DNA of 64,000 nucleotides from the NCBI GenBank assembly GCA_046328265.1, contig JAXLWW010000019.1, forward strand, positions 3,370-67,369. The letters are read 5' to 3'. Origin of the DNA: Dehalococcoidia bacterium. GTDB lineage: Bacteria > Chloroflexota > Dehalococcoidia > SpSt-223. Below, piece after piece: positions 17,567 to 26,483 of the stretch. Each line of letters starts with the position of its first letter. Position 1 is the first letter of the stretch. The translations under genes and the position numbers were made by a program. Below the pieces are notes generated by a model. It was not told where the DNA came from and did no database searches. It saw nothing but the letters and a program-made list of their open reading frames with translations.

Positions 17567-19243
17567 ATGGGTCTCCGAGAACTTGGCGCAGTCTACTCAC
17601 GCGCTGTCCTCGGCGCATTGATGGTGGCTGGACTGGCAGGGCTGCTGATCTGGCTGAGCGCCGCCGGCAAACCGATTTACACCGACGAAGTCGCCTTCTT
17701 CCGCGACTTTCGGCTGGTCGCTCGAGGCGATTTCGCTGGGCTGCAAATTCCCCACCCGCCGCTCTATACCGCGCTGGGCGGCATCGCGGTGACCTTCTTT
17801 GACGAGGGTCCATTAGCGCTTCGGCTGCCCGGATTGCTCGGATTCTGGGCCGCAGTGCTGATGGTTCCGCCCGTGTGCCTCGCGATCGCCCCGGATATCA
17901 GGACGTCTCAGCGGGCAGCCCTCCTGGCGTTGCTGGTCTTTGCCTTTCATCCGCAGGTGCTGCAGGGCGCGCTCATCCTCGACATCGACAACACGATCTT
18001 GCCGGCCGCGCTGCTTCTGCTGGTTGTGACTGTCGGGTTGAGCGAGGGATGGACTGCACGGCGGCAGGCCGTGGCGATTGGGGCGGCCTTCTGGCTCCTG
18101 CTCTGGACGAAGGTGCTGCCGACGCCGGCGATTGCTGCTGTCTGCCTCCTCGCCGTCGCCTCACTGACCCCCAGCAGATTTCGCCCGATCGTCGGGGGGT
18201 TGTCGCTTGGGGCGGTAGCGTGGGCCGCCTCGTTCGGCCTGTTTCTGGTGATCAGCAGCGGCAACCTGACTGTCTACCTTTCGACGGTGGCGCGCGGCAG
18301 CCAGGCGCTCCGCATCGAACAACTTGCCGGCCGTCTGGCAATGGGCGGTGGCATTCAGGTGTTCTGGATCGGTCTGCCATTGGTTGTACTCGGCGTGGTT
18401 GCTGTGGGAGAAACGCTGCGCCGGTTTGTGCTGACTCGCGACAACTTCGTAGCTGCCTGGTTGGCATTGCTGGTGACGGTCGGTTTGATCGTGACAACAC
18501 TCGGCAATGAGCTACCGATGGGTTTTCCCCGCTACCAGACACCGCTCATTTGGCTGGCTGTCCCGCTCATCGCGAGTTGGGTCGCTCGGCACGCCTGGCC
18601 GGAAGACTGGCGCTTCGTCGGTCTGCTCGCCGCCGGCCTCGCCATCGCCCTCTGGCTTGTCGTCCGCGATCCGCTGCTTCCCAACTACCAACTCACGATG
18701 GTGACCGACTCGGCGACGCAGCGGTTGTTGGTCGGAGCTCGAGTCTCGCTTGTGGCGATGGTGCTGCCGCTCGCGATCGCGATAGCCGCGACTCTCGTTG
18801 TCGTGGGACGGCGCCCCCGCGCGCTGGTTTCAGCGGTGCTTGCCACGAGTTTGGCGCTCTGGACGGTCACAACCGCAGCCCAGGCGGTCGCGCAGTACGC
18901 AACGGGTTATGAGTATGGCCGCATCGGTGGGTGGGAAGCTGGCATGGCGATCGCGTCTGCTCCGTCGGGGACGATCATCGCACCATTGGAATTGGTCTAC
19001 TCGTCTGGGCGCGATGGGCAATTCATCTACGATTTCCTCGACGCTGGCGGACTTGACCGGTTGCTCGAGCGTCTTGACCGCGAACCGCCAGCAGCGTTCG
19101 CCTACTCGGTCAAGGAGGAGCGGCGATTTCCGGCCGTCTTCGAATCCCCCGCACTGCACGAGCGGCTTGCCGCCTGCTATGGATCACCGCGGCGAATCGG
19201 CTCGTACGTCGTCTACCTCCGGTCTTCTGCGTCCATCTGCTGA
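17567..19243 (+). CDS. Polytopic membrane glycosyltransferase (GT39/ArnT/PMT-like)
   Basis: 558 aa with more than 10 predicted TM helices. The N-terminal region has an IYTDEVAFF-type loop as in ArnT/PMT-like enzymes. It is divergent from the nucleotidyltransferase across a 37-nt gap. Confidence 0.65.
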   Translation: MGLRELGAVYSRAVLGALMVAGLAGLLIWLSAAGKPIYTDEVAFFRDFRLVARGDFAGLQIPHPPLYTALGGIAVTFFDEGPLALRLPGLLGFWAAVLMVPPVCLAIAPDIRTSQRAALLALLVFAFHPQVLQGALILDIDNTILPAALLLLVVTVGLSEGWTARRQAVAIGAAFWLLLWTKVLPTPAIAAVCLLAVASLTPSRFRPIVGGLSLGAVAWAASFGLFLVISSGNLTVYLSTVARGSQALRIEQLAGRLAMGGGIQVFWIGLPLVVLGVVAVGETLRRFVLTRDNFVAAWLALLVTVGLIVTTLGNELPMGFPRYQTPLIWLAVPLIASWVARHAWPEDWRFVGLLAAGLAIALWLVVRDPLLPNYQLTMVTDSATQRLLVGARVSLVAMVLPLAIAIAATLVVVGRRPRALVSAVLATSLALWTVTTAAQAVAQYATGYEYGRIGGWEAGMAIASAPSGTIIAPLELVYSSGRDGQFIYDFLDAGGLDRLLERLDREPPAAFAYSVKEERRFPAVFESPALHERLAACYGSPRRIGSYVVYLRSSASIC

Positions 19244-19287
19244 AACCGCTCTTGCAACCTGGCATCCCGCTGTGGGAGCCTTAGCCC

Positions 19288-20094
19288 ATGCAGACTACGG
19301 CTGTCGCTCGCCTCGCTTGTGCGTTGTTCCTTGTTGGAACCGCCATTGCGTCCCCTGTATTGGCTCAAGCGCCACCCATCTGGTTGGGTGGCTACGCCGA
19401 GCGCCAGGCGGATGGCTGTACCTGGTATGTTGCCCGCTGGTCGGATGGCAGTTTCAGCGCTACCCCTTGGGAGTGTCCGCCGGGCAGTATTCCGGTTCGG
19501 TCAGACGGCTATGCCGGGTCGGATCGCGGCTATTCGGAGGAGCGATCCGGTGGCTGCGTCTGGTACGTCACCCGTTGGGCGGATGGCGGCTACAGCGCCG
19601 TGCCGTTCTCCTGTCCGCCCGGCCTGACGGCAACCCAAGACGGCGGCACAACCGGCGGGGTCGGCGAGCAGCCAACGCCCGCTCCAGTCGCCACGCCCGG
19701 TGGCACGCGCGACGGCCTCCAGTTCTACCCTCTGGGTGGAACCCTCACCATCGATGACATCTCGCCGCCGGTCGGCACGGAGATGGCCGCCAATGGCCGA
19801 GTGTTCATCTACTACCATCATTTTGCCACCGGGTTGCCCGAGAGCTGGAGGATGGGGTATCGCATTTGGGGGACCTACGTCACCAAGGATGGTCGAGAAT
19901 GCCGAGACTGCTATCTCGCCGATGGGTTGCAGGGAAGTCCGCGCTTTTACCAGCCGGGGCCATCGATTGCGACGTGGACGGGACCGCAGGATGCCGTCCA
20001 CACCTACCGGCGGATCCAGATCTGTTTCACGATCCTCAACCCGGAGAACAACGAGGCACGCTGGACCGGCGTTTGCGACGAACGACCGTCCTGA
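19288..20094 (+). CDS. Secreted hypothetical protein with an internally duplicated Cys-containing module
   Basis: Signal peptide (LFLVGTAIASPVLAQA). Two copies of GY.E..(.)GC.WYV.RW.DG.(F/Y)SA.P..CPPG are present, followed by a C-terminal domain of about 140 aa with 4 more Cys. Confidence 0.6.
   Translation: MQTTAVARLACALFLVGTAIASPVLAQAPPIWLGGYAERQADGCTWYVARWSDGSFSATPWECPPGSIPVRSDGYAGSDRGYSEERSGGCVWYVTRWADGGYSAVPFSCPPGLTATQDGGTTGGVGEQPTPAPVATPGGTRDGLQFYPLGGTLTIDDISPPVGTEMAANGRVFIYYHHFATGLPESWRMGYRIWGTYVTKDGRECRDCYLADGLQGSPRFYQPGPSIATWTGPQDAVHTYRRIQICFTILNPENNEARWTGVCDERPS
19390..19623 (+). repeat. Tandem intragenic duplication (two ~46-codon units)
   Basis: GYAERQADGCTWYVARWSDGSFSATPWECPPG matches GYSEERSGGCVWYVTRWADGGYSAVPFSCPPG. 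The core motifs lie at 19414-19485 and 19552-19623, and the similarity is also visible at nucleotide level. Confidence 0.8.
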
Positions 20095-20098
20095 GCGA

Positions 20099-20905
20099 CT
20101 AGAGGGGTGTGATCCCGAGCGCTGACTCGGCCCAGAAGCGCATCCCGGCCAACAGAAGAAGTTCGGTCATCGTGAGGACCGCCGCCAGCGAGAGCGGGCC
20201 AAGGATCTCGATCAACCCGCTTACCTGACCTTCCCGGCGTAGGATCGCGAGGATAACCAGAAGGTTGACGGCAAGCAGCAACCCGCCAACTCCCGCCACC
20301 GAGACGATTGAGACGGGGTAGAGCAGAGCCCAGACGCCGGTCAGTACCACGGCCACGAAGGCCGCCTCGACCGCCAGAAGCCCAGCCAACGACTTGAGGT
20401 CGGCCATCGGACGGTATGGTCCATCCTTCCAGACCGAGAAGTTGAAGATCGGCAGGATCAGCAACGCGACGCCCAGTCCGCAGAGAGCGCCGGTCATCAG
20501 ACGGAGCCAGTTCTGGGGCGGATATGCGTGCGGCAGTTTCAGGTCGTAGAACAGGGCATTGACCCCATCAAAACCCATGATCGCGATAAACAGTAGAGCG
20601 GCAGCCAGCACCGGTGTGGTCGGCATGGCGGTCCATTTGCCGCGTCCGGCAAGGATCAATGCGAGCACAGCGACGAAAAAGCCGCCGTAGATGCCGATCA
20701 TTCGTGATTCGAGGGGCGGCTGAACCTCACCAAAGAAAATCGAATGGCCGGGCCGTTGGGCGCAAACACCTGCCGACAAGATCCGCAGCTTTTCGAGGAA
20801 GGGAAGCGGCAGGATCAGGAACCCAGCACCCAACAGCACGAGCAGGGCAACTGGCGCCCAGAACCGCGGCCCTCGTGCCCGCACTGTCGAAACTAGCTCC
20901 GCCAT
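20099..20905 (-). CDS. DUF2085-like polytopic membrane protein
   Basis: Contains GVCAQRPGHSIFFGEVQPPLESRMIGIYGGFF, which resembles the C.Q.P.RSF...R..GIY signature. There are about 7 TM helices. Confidence 0.6.
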   Translation of the reverse strand: MAELVSTVRARGPRFWAPVALLVLLGAGFLILPLPFLEKLRILSAGVCAQRPGHSIFFGEVQPPLESRMIGIYGGFFVAVLALILAGRGKWTAMPTTPVLAAALLFIAIMGFDGVNALFYDLKLPHAYPPQNWLRLMTGALCGLGVALLILPIFNFSVWKDGPYRPMADLKSLAGLLAVEAAFVAVVLTGVWALLYPVSIVSVAGVGGLLLAVNLLVILAILRREGQVSGLIEILGPLSLAAVLTMTELLLLAGMRFWAESALGITPL

Positions 20906-20970
20906 GACCTCTCCCCTGCCACGCTTCAGTATAGCTGGCCTTTGCCCGACGCTGGCTGCCGTGCTACGGT

Positions 20971-21468
20971 GTGTTTGATCGGGGGCGAACGACGATGACC
21001 GACGAGGTAACGCGCATTCGGCTGTTCATCGGCGCAGAGCCGGTCAAGGCCACCAACGCGTTCCTGACCACCTTGCGGCGCAACGGCGAGCCGTTCACCC
21101 GCCAGGTCAGCACCTTCGTCGAAGAATGGACGGTGCGGACGATCATCTCCGGCCCGGGGCTCGCGGTCAAACACCTGCGCCACCGTCCGATCGCCACCTA
21201 TCTCTATGTCGAATCCAATCCGCCGACCAACCGTCGGCGAAACGTCTTTCTGAGTGGCATCGTCGATTTGACGAACGATCTTGAGGCAGTCAAAGATTTC
21301 TTTGAACGTCGCGCCGCAGCGACCGGCTGGCCGATCCCTGCGCCGGGCGCCCAGCGAACCTTGATCAGTTTTCGACCGCTCTACTTACGCGCTGAGGGTT
21401 TCCGCACCGACCGGTACGATGGCCGGGAACCGCCGGTTGTCCTGCGAGACTTCCCACCGGTCGATTAG
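20971..21468 (+). CDS. Hypothetical protein (possibly PNPOx/F420-binding split-barrel-like)
   Basis: 165-aa ORF with coding-like usage. An alternative ATG lies at 20995 (MTDEVTRIRLF...). The fold assignment is only a guess. Confidence 0.45.
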   Translation: MFDRGRTTMTDEVTRIRLFIGAEPVKATNAFLTTLRRNGEPFTRQVSTFVEEWTVRTIISGPGLAVKHLRHRPIATYLYVESNPPTNRRRNVFLSGIVDLTNDLEAVKDFFERRAAATGWPIPAPGAQRTLISFRPLYLRAEGFRTDRYDGREPPVVLRDFPPVD

Positions 21469-22067
21469 CCGCCGGGCGTCGCGCTCGGCGCGGGTGCGGC
21501 GCTCGGCGCAACCGTCGGCCGGGGACGCGGCGGCTCAGAAACCAACCGACGCGCCTCGTCAATGACGGCGCGCGAGACGATGTACACCGGCCCGTCGTTG
21601 CCAACCCGCACGTAGTACCCGTCGGCCAATGCGGTCTGGTCGCCGATCCGAAGCTCAGTCCGGCTGCCGTCGTACTTGTTCAAGACCAGCGTACTGTTCG
21701 GGTTCTGAAGACCGTATTGGCCGAGTTGGCTGGTATCGGCAATGACCCGGTTGGCGGTGAGCGGCAAGAGCCGGCCAACCAGGCTGAGCAGACGGACTTG
21801 GTCGGCTTCGCCCGCCGCTGGCTCAGTCAGTTGCCAACTGCCACCGGCGGGCAGACTCAGGACAGCGCGACCTTCGGCGGTGCGGATCTCGATTCCTGAG
21901 AGTTGGTCGGGCGTCCCGTCGACGATGGCGACCGGTGTTGGCACCGGCGTCACGCCCGGCGGAGCGGGCTCTGGCTTGTTCACTTCGACGAGGAAGACAT
22001 ACGCCCCGAGGACCGCCAGCACCACAAGCAAGACGCCGGTGAGACGCAAGTTCACCGACGCTGCCAC
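21465..22067 (-). CDS. DUF4340-like protein (accessory to the GldG/ABC-2 cluster)
   Basis: N-terminal TM helix, a Pro-rich linker and a beta-rich domain. Its start overlaps the 3' end of the GldG-like gene. This is the usual position of DUF4340 genes. Confidence 0.55.
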   Translation of the reverse strand: MAASVNLRLTGVLLVVLAVLGAYVFLVEVNKPEPAPPGVTPVPTPVAIVDGTPDQLSGIEIRTAEGRAVLSLPAGGSWQLTEPAAGEADQVRLLSLVGRLLPLTANRVIADTSQLGQYGLQNPNSTLVLNKYDGSRTELRIGDQTALADGYYVRVGNDGPVYIVSRAVIDEARRLVSEPPRPRPTVAPSAAPAPSATPGG

Positions 22068-23590
22068 CAGACCGTCGCGCCCGCGCCGAGCACGGCCAGC
22101 GGCAAAAACAGCACACTCGAGAAAAGGATCAGGTTGGTCTGCATCGGGGTGAGTATTAATCTGTCGTTCTGGTCAGGCGTCTTTGGCGCAATTGCGATCA
22201 ACGACTCCTCTTCGGCCAACCAGTTCACTCCGTTGAGAAACAGGTCCCCATTGGAGGAAAGGTCGAAGAATTGGTTGGACGCGAAATCCGAATCTCCAAT
22301 CGCTAGGATCCGTAACTGGTCGCCTTTCTGGGCACTGTCTCCGGAGCGTAGGCGCTCGACCTGCTGGCCGATCGGTAGCGGCCCACGTTGGTCCTGACCT
22401 TCGGTGTATTGCAACTGGTCTGGGTTGGTCTCAAGCCAACTCTGTGGGCTACTTTCGGCGATCGGGAAGATCGACAGGGACTGCGGCGGGTTGTCGACCC
22501 GAAAGATCGCCGTCGCCAAGGGAAAGACAGTGGGCGCGAGGTCCCGGGTGATCGCGCTGAATTCATACCGTTGGATCACCAGTGCGCCGATGTCCTGCGG
22601 CAGTGACGATGCCGGGTCGATGATGAACCCGTCGCCAGCACGCAGTCCATAGGTCTCAAGGAGTGGCCCGAGCCCATGGGTCGTCCGAGGGTCGACGAGG
22701 ACGAACACCTTCCCACCACCGTCGAGGTACTGCTGGAGCGCCCGCCGGCCGGCATCGTCGAATGGTCGGCGTGGGCCGGCGATGACGACGACGGCGGCGT
22801 CGGTGGGGATCGTCGGGGTGGTCAGCGGATTAAGAGTCTCGACAAGGTAGTTCAGACGTTCGAGGCTCTGCTTGGCGAGACTAAGTCCACCGCGGTCGGT
22901 CGAGGCAAGGTCAAGTTCACCGTTGCCGTTGGTGAAATAGACCTTCTTCTGTTCGCCGCGTATCACCTTCAAGAGAGCACCGGTGACGTTTGCTTCCGTC
23001 ACACTGGTGGTCTCGGACTTTCGGCCACCCGATTCGAAGATCAGCGTGCCGCCAGTACGGACGCCAAGCTGACGAACCAGGGCCGGCTGAGTTTCCGGAT
23101 CGACGTATTCGATCGACAACTTGTCGGTACGGACGGTGTATTCCTTCATCAAGTCTTCGGTCTCGCCGCGACGCGGGTCGTTCGCGGTGTAGAACGCGGT
23201 GATCTTGACCGGTTCCTTGAGTTGGCCCAGCACCTGGAGCGTCTGCGACGATAGCGTGAACTCTCCTGACCGGGTGAGGTCCCAGCGGGTCGAATAGCGT
23301 GTCGAGAGGAAGTTCCCCAAACCGAGGATCAAGGTGAACGCCAGGATCGCCAGGACCGTGTTTGCGCCATAGCGAGTGGTCCGCCCGGTCGCAGCGGCCC
23401 GGATCGAGCCAATCGACCCGGCCGCCCAATAGACGGTGAGCGCGGCCCCGATTGCGGTCAGGATCTGGACCGGTCCGACAAACTCACGACTGACCAGCCA
23501 CCAGCCTGCCGCCACCAGCAGAAGCAGCACGCCGAGGATCCCGGCGATCGGCGTGAACCGTTCGAGACGCTCGTTCCAGGTCATATCCAC
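22052..23590 (-). CDS. GldG-like ABC transporter auxiliary component
   Basis: 512 aa with N- and C-terminal TM segments flanking a large extracytoplasmic domain. It overlaps the ABC-2 permease gene by 10 nt. Confidence 0.7.
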   Translation of the reverse strand: MDMTWNERLERFTPIAGILGVLLLLVAAGWWLVSREFVGPVQILTAIGAALTVYWAAGSIGSIRAAATGRTTRYGANTVLAILAFTLILGLGNFLSTRYSTRWDLTRSGEFTLSSQTLQVLGQLKEPVKITAFYTANDPRRGETEDLMKEYTVRTDKLSIEYVDPETQPALVRQLGVRTGGTLIFESGGRKSETTSVTEANVTGALLKVIRGEQKKVYFTNGNGELDLASTDRGGLSLAKQSLERLNYLVETLNPLTTPTIPTDAAVVVIAGPRRPFDDAGRRALQQYLDGGGKVFVLVDPRTTHGLGPLLETYGLRAGDGFIIDPASSLPQDIGALVIQRYEFSAITRDLAPTVFPLATAIFRVDNPPQSLSIFPIAESSPQSWLETNPDQLQYTEGQDQRGPLPIGQQVERLRSGDSAQKGDQLRILAIGDSDFASNQFFDLSSNGDLFLNGVNWLAEEESLIAIAPKTPDQNDRLILTPMQTNLILFSSVLFLPLAVLGAGATVWWQRR

Positions 23591-24288
23591 CTTCGGGCGC
23601 CAACCACCTGAATGGTGGCAAAAAGCGCGGCAGCAGCGAGCGACAAGTAATAGATCACGTCTTTGGTGTCGATCACGCCGCGAGAGAAGTCGTTGTAGTG
23701 GTCGAGAGCCGAAACGTAGCGCAGGATATCGCGCACCGCCCCCTGAAAGACGTCGCCCATCGGCGCGGCGAGCCAGAAGACGAGCAGGATTGCAAACGAC
23801 AGCACCGCTGCGACGATTTGGTTCCTCGTAAGCGCCGACGTCAGCAGACCAATCGCGATGAATCCGGCGCCGAGAAGGATCAAGCCGACGTAGCCGCTCA
23901 CCATCGGCCCTGGGTCAGGCTTGCCATAGATGAACAGCAGAAAGGGGTAATAGAGGGTCAGACCAAGCATCGCGCACAGGAGGCCAAGCGCCCCGAGGAA
24001 TTTTCCGAGCACCAGTTCCCAATCGCGCACCGGCGAGGTAAGAACCAACTCGATGGTTCCGGATGACTGCTCCTCCGCCAGCAGCCGCATCGTGATCAGC
24101 GGCGTGATGAACAAGAGAATGACGCGAAAGTTGTCGAGCGCAAAGCGGAGGCTGGCCTGGCTGGTGAGAACCACCGACAGGGCAAAGAAGATGCCGGTGA
24201 CGATCAGAAAGCCCGCGGTGACGACATAGGCCAGCGGCGAACTGAAGTAGGAGCGCAGTTCTTTGCCGGCGATAATGAAGACGGTCAT
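23581..24288 (-). CDS. ABC-2 type transporter permease
   Basis: 235 aa with 6 TM helices. It overlaps the ATPase gene by 4 nt. Confidence 0.8.
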   Translation of the reverse strand: MTVFIIAGKELRSYFSSPLAYVVTAGFLIVTGIFFALSVVLTSQASLRFALDNFRVILLFITPLITMRLLAEEQSSGTIELVLTSPVRDWELVLGKFLGALGLLCAMLGLTLYYPFLLFIYGKPDPGPMVSGYVGLILLGAGFIAIGLLTSALTRNQIVAAVLSFAILLVFWLAAPMGDVFQGAVRDILRYVSALDHYNDFSRGVIDTKDVIYYLSLAAAALFATIQVVGARRWI

Positions 24289-25268
24289 GCCGCCGCCTCC
24301 TGCGGCTGCTCGGCCGCTTCCTCGGTGGTCAGCTTGAGGAAGATCTCCTCGAGGCTCATCCCAACCGGCCGTAGTTCGCGGAGGCCCCAGCCCCGCTTGA
24401 CGATCTCGGCGGCGATCTCCTCACGCGGGTCGCTATCAGGCGCACAATCGACGAAGAGCCGGCCCGGTTCGTTTTGGTCGCCGGTAACCTGAAGAACGTC
24501 TGGCATGCCGCCAAGGATGGCGATGACCTCATCGACCGGACCGCGCACCTGGACGAGCAGACGGTCCGAGGCGCGCAGTCGAGTGGTCAGGCCCTCCGGC
24601 GTGTCCTCGGCGACAAGCCTGCCCTCGTTGATGATCACCACCCGCTGACAGGTCTGACTCACCTCGGGCAGGATGTGGCTACTCAGGATTATCGTGTGGT
24701 CCCCAGCCAACGAGCGGATCAGCCGGCGGGTTTCATTGTTCTGACGTGGGTCCAACCCGGCGGTCGGCTCGTCGAGAATCAGCACCGGCGGATCGTGGAC
24801 CAGCGCCTGCGCCAGCCCAACTCGTTGGCGGTAGCCCTTCGAGAGTTTGCCGATGATGGTCGTTGCGACATCGTCGACCCGACACTTCACCATCAAGTCG
24901 TCGATCCGGCTCTTGAGAGCCTTACCGCCCGCACCGCGAAGTCGAGCCATGTAGTGAAGATAGGACCGCACCGTCAGGTCGGTGTAGAGTGGCGTGTTCT
25001 CGGGCAAATAGCCGATCCGGCGGCGTGCTTGGAGCGACTCCTTCATCACGTCGAAACCATCGATCGATGCGGTTCCAGCGCTCGGTGGGATGAACCCGGT
25101 CAGGATTCGCATCGTCGTACTCTTCCCCGCACCGTTGGGTCCAAGGAAGCCGAGGATCTCGCCCTTCTGGACGTGAAACGTCAGGTCGTCGACGGCAATA
25201 TGGTCGGCGTAATACTTGGTTAGCTGGGTGACGTCAATCATGGGCGATCCGAGCCGTGTCTGGCTCAC
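24285..25268 (-). CDS. ABC transporter ATP-binding protein
   Basis: Walker A GPNGAGKST, signature LSKGYRQR and Walker B VLILDEPT. An alternative start lies at the ATG at 25241 (MIDVTQLTKYY). Confidence 0.9.
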   Translation of the reverse strand: MSQTRLGSPMIDVTQLTKYYADHIAVDDLTFHVQKGEILGFLGPNGAGKSTTMRILTGFIPPSAGTASIDGFDVMKESLQARRRIGYLPENTPLYTDLTVRSYLHYMARLRGAGGKALKSRIDDLMVKCRVDDVATTIIGKLSKGYRQRVGLAQALVHDPPVLILDEPTAGLDPRQNNETRRLIRSLAGDHTIILSSHILPEVSQTCQRVVIINEGRLVAEDTPEGLTTRLRASDRLLVQVRGPVDEVIAILGGMPDVLQVTGDQNEPGRLFVDCAPDSDPREEIAAEIVKRGWGLRELRPVGMSLEEIFLKLTTEEAAEQPQEAAA

Positions 25269-25354
25269 CCGGAAACCCGGTAGGGTGGCCGACGAATCCT
25301 ATGGACCGGTTGCCGTCGAAATCAAGGAACTTGCGTCATCCGGGCCAATGCTTA

Positions 25355-25409
25355 GTCAACTCTTAGAACCGTCGCGCGAGTTGACGGTCGAGGAGCGGTC
25401 CGGTAGCCT
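25355..25409. promoter_or_regulatory. 8-bp perfect inverted repeat (GTCAACTC-N15-GAGTTGAC) overlapping a putative promoter for the RodZ-like gene
   Basis: The arms lie at 25355-25362 and 25378-25385. On the plus strand, TTGACG (25381-86), a 17-nt spacer and TAGCCT (25404-09) follow. The element sits in the divergent intergenic region between the ABC operon and the RodZ-like gene. Confidence 0.35.
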
Positions 25410-25444
25410 CCAGTTGCCGGCCCGAACCCGGCGACTGAGACAAG

Positions 25445-26410
25445 GTGACGACGACTTCGTACCCCCCACCGTCCAAGCACCGGCGACGGAGATCCCGGCT
25501 GATCGCTTCGATCGAGGCGTCGATCCGACCCTGGCTGGACGCTCTCGGTGGCGCACGCCGGAGCGAACTGAGGGCGACCGCCCGCCGACGCCAAATCGCC
25601 CTCGCCGAACTTGCCGCACGTCTCCGCGAGGCGCGTGAATACCGTCATCTGTCTCTGGCAGCCGCCTCACTCGCCACCCAGATACGCGTCGAGCACCTGG
25701 CCGCGCTTGAGGCAAGCGACCTGAAATCGTTGCCCGGTCGCGCCTACACCCATGCGTTCGTCCGGACCTACGCCAGTTACCTCGGACTAGACCCGGATGA
25801 ACTGGCGGCGTTGTTGCCGGGATTGCCCGACCGTGCCCCCCGCGGGTTCCCACAAATGCCCGTCTCGACCGGTCCGAACATCGTCTTCTGGTCTGCCGTC
25901 GCCTCACTCGTGATCTTGGTTTCTTGCGTCGGTTGGGTCGCCCTTCAGGCTGCACTCCAGGCAATCAATCCGCCACCGAGCGCGTCGGTCCTTGACGCGC
26001 CACCTCCTCGTGCGACCGCGATCGTACTGGATGCTCAGCCGCCGACCGCCAGTCCAACCGCGACACCGCCGGTTAACCTCGTCGTTCGCGCCACCGATCG
26101 CATTTCGCTCACCGTGACTATCGACAACTCCGTCGCCTTCTCGGGCACCCTGGAATCCGGTCAGAGCCGCTATTGGGCGGCGCAGACGGTCCGGCTGCGG
26201 ACCAGTAACGCCGCCGCCACCGAGGTGGTCTACAACGGTCAGCCACGCCCAGCGCTCGGCCGACGGGGCGAGACCGTCGAAGTGGAATGGGGAGCGCCTC
26301 CCACGCGTCCAGCGGGGACGCCCGCCCCACCCGGTCCGACCGGCGCACCACCTCGGACAGCTACGCCCGTGCCACCCGCGCCCGTCGCAACGGGTGAGCG
26401 CCCGCGCTGA
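25445..26410 (+). CDS. RodZ-like cytoskeleton protein (HTH + TM + DUF4115-like C-terminal domain)
   Basis: HTH region LREAREYRHLSLAAASLATQIRVEHLAALEASD, a TM helix, a Pro-rich linker, then a C-terminal ISLTVTIDNSVAFSGTLESGQSRYW beta domain. Confidence 0.7.
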   Translation: MTTTSYPPPSKHRRRRSRLIASIEASIRPWLDALGGARRSELRATARRRQIALAELAARLREAREYRHLSLAAASLATQIRVEHLAALEASDLKSLPGRAYTHAFVRTYASYLGLDPDELAALLPGLPDRAPRGFPQMPVSTGPNIVFWSAVASLVILVSCVGWVALQAALQAINPPPSASVLDAPPPRATAIVLDAQPPTASPTATPPVNLVVRATDRISLTVTIDNSVAFSGTLESGQSRYWAAQTVRLRTSNAAATEVVYNGQPRPALGRRGETVEVEWGAPPTRPAGTPAPPGPTGAPPRTATPVPPAPVATGERPR

Positions 26411-26483
26411 CCCTTTCGAGGGACAAGGCGCTCATGCCGGTGGGCGAGCCGGTGCCAGAACTTCGGTCGGCGGTGAGGCCGCG

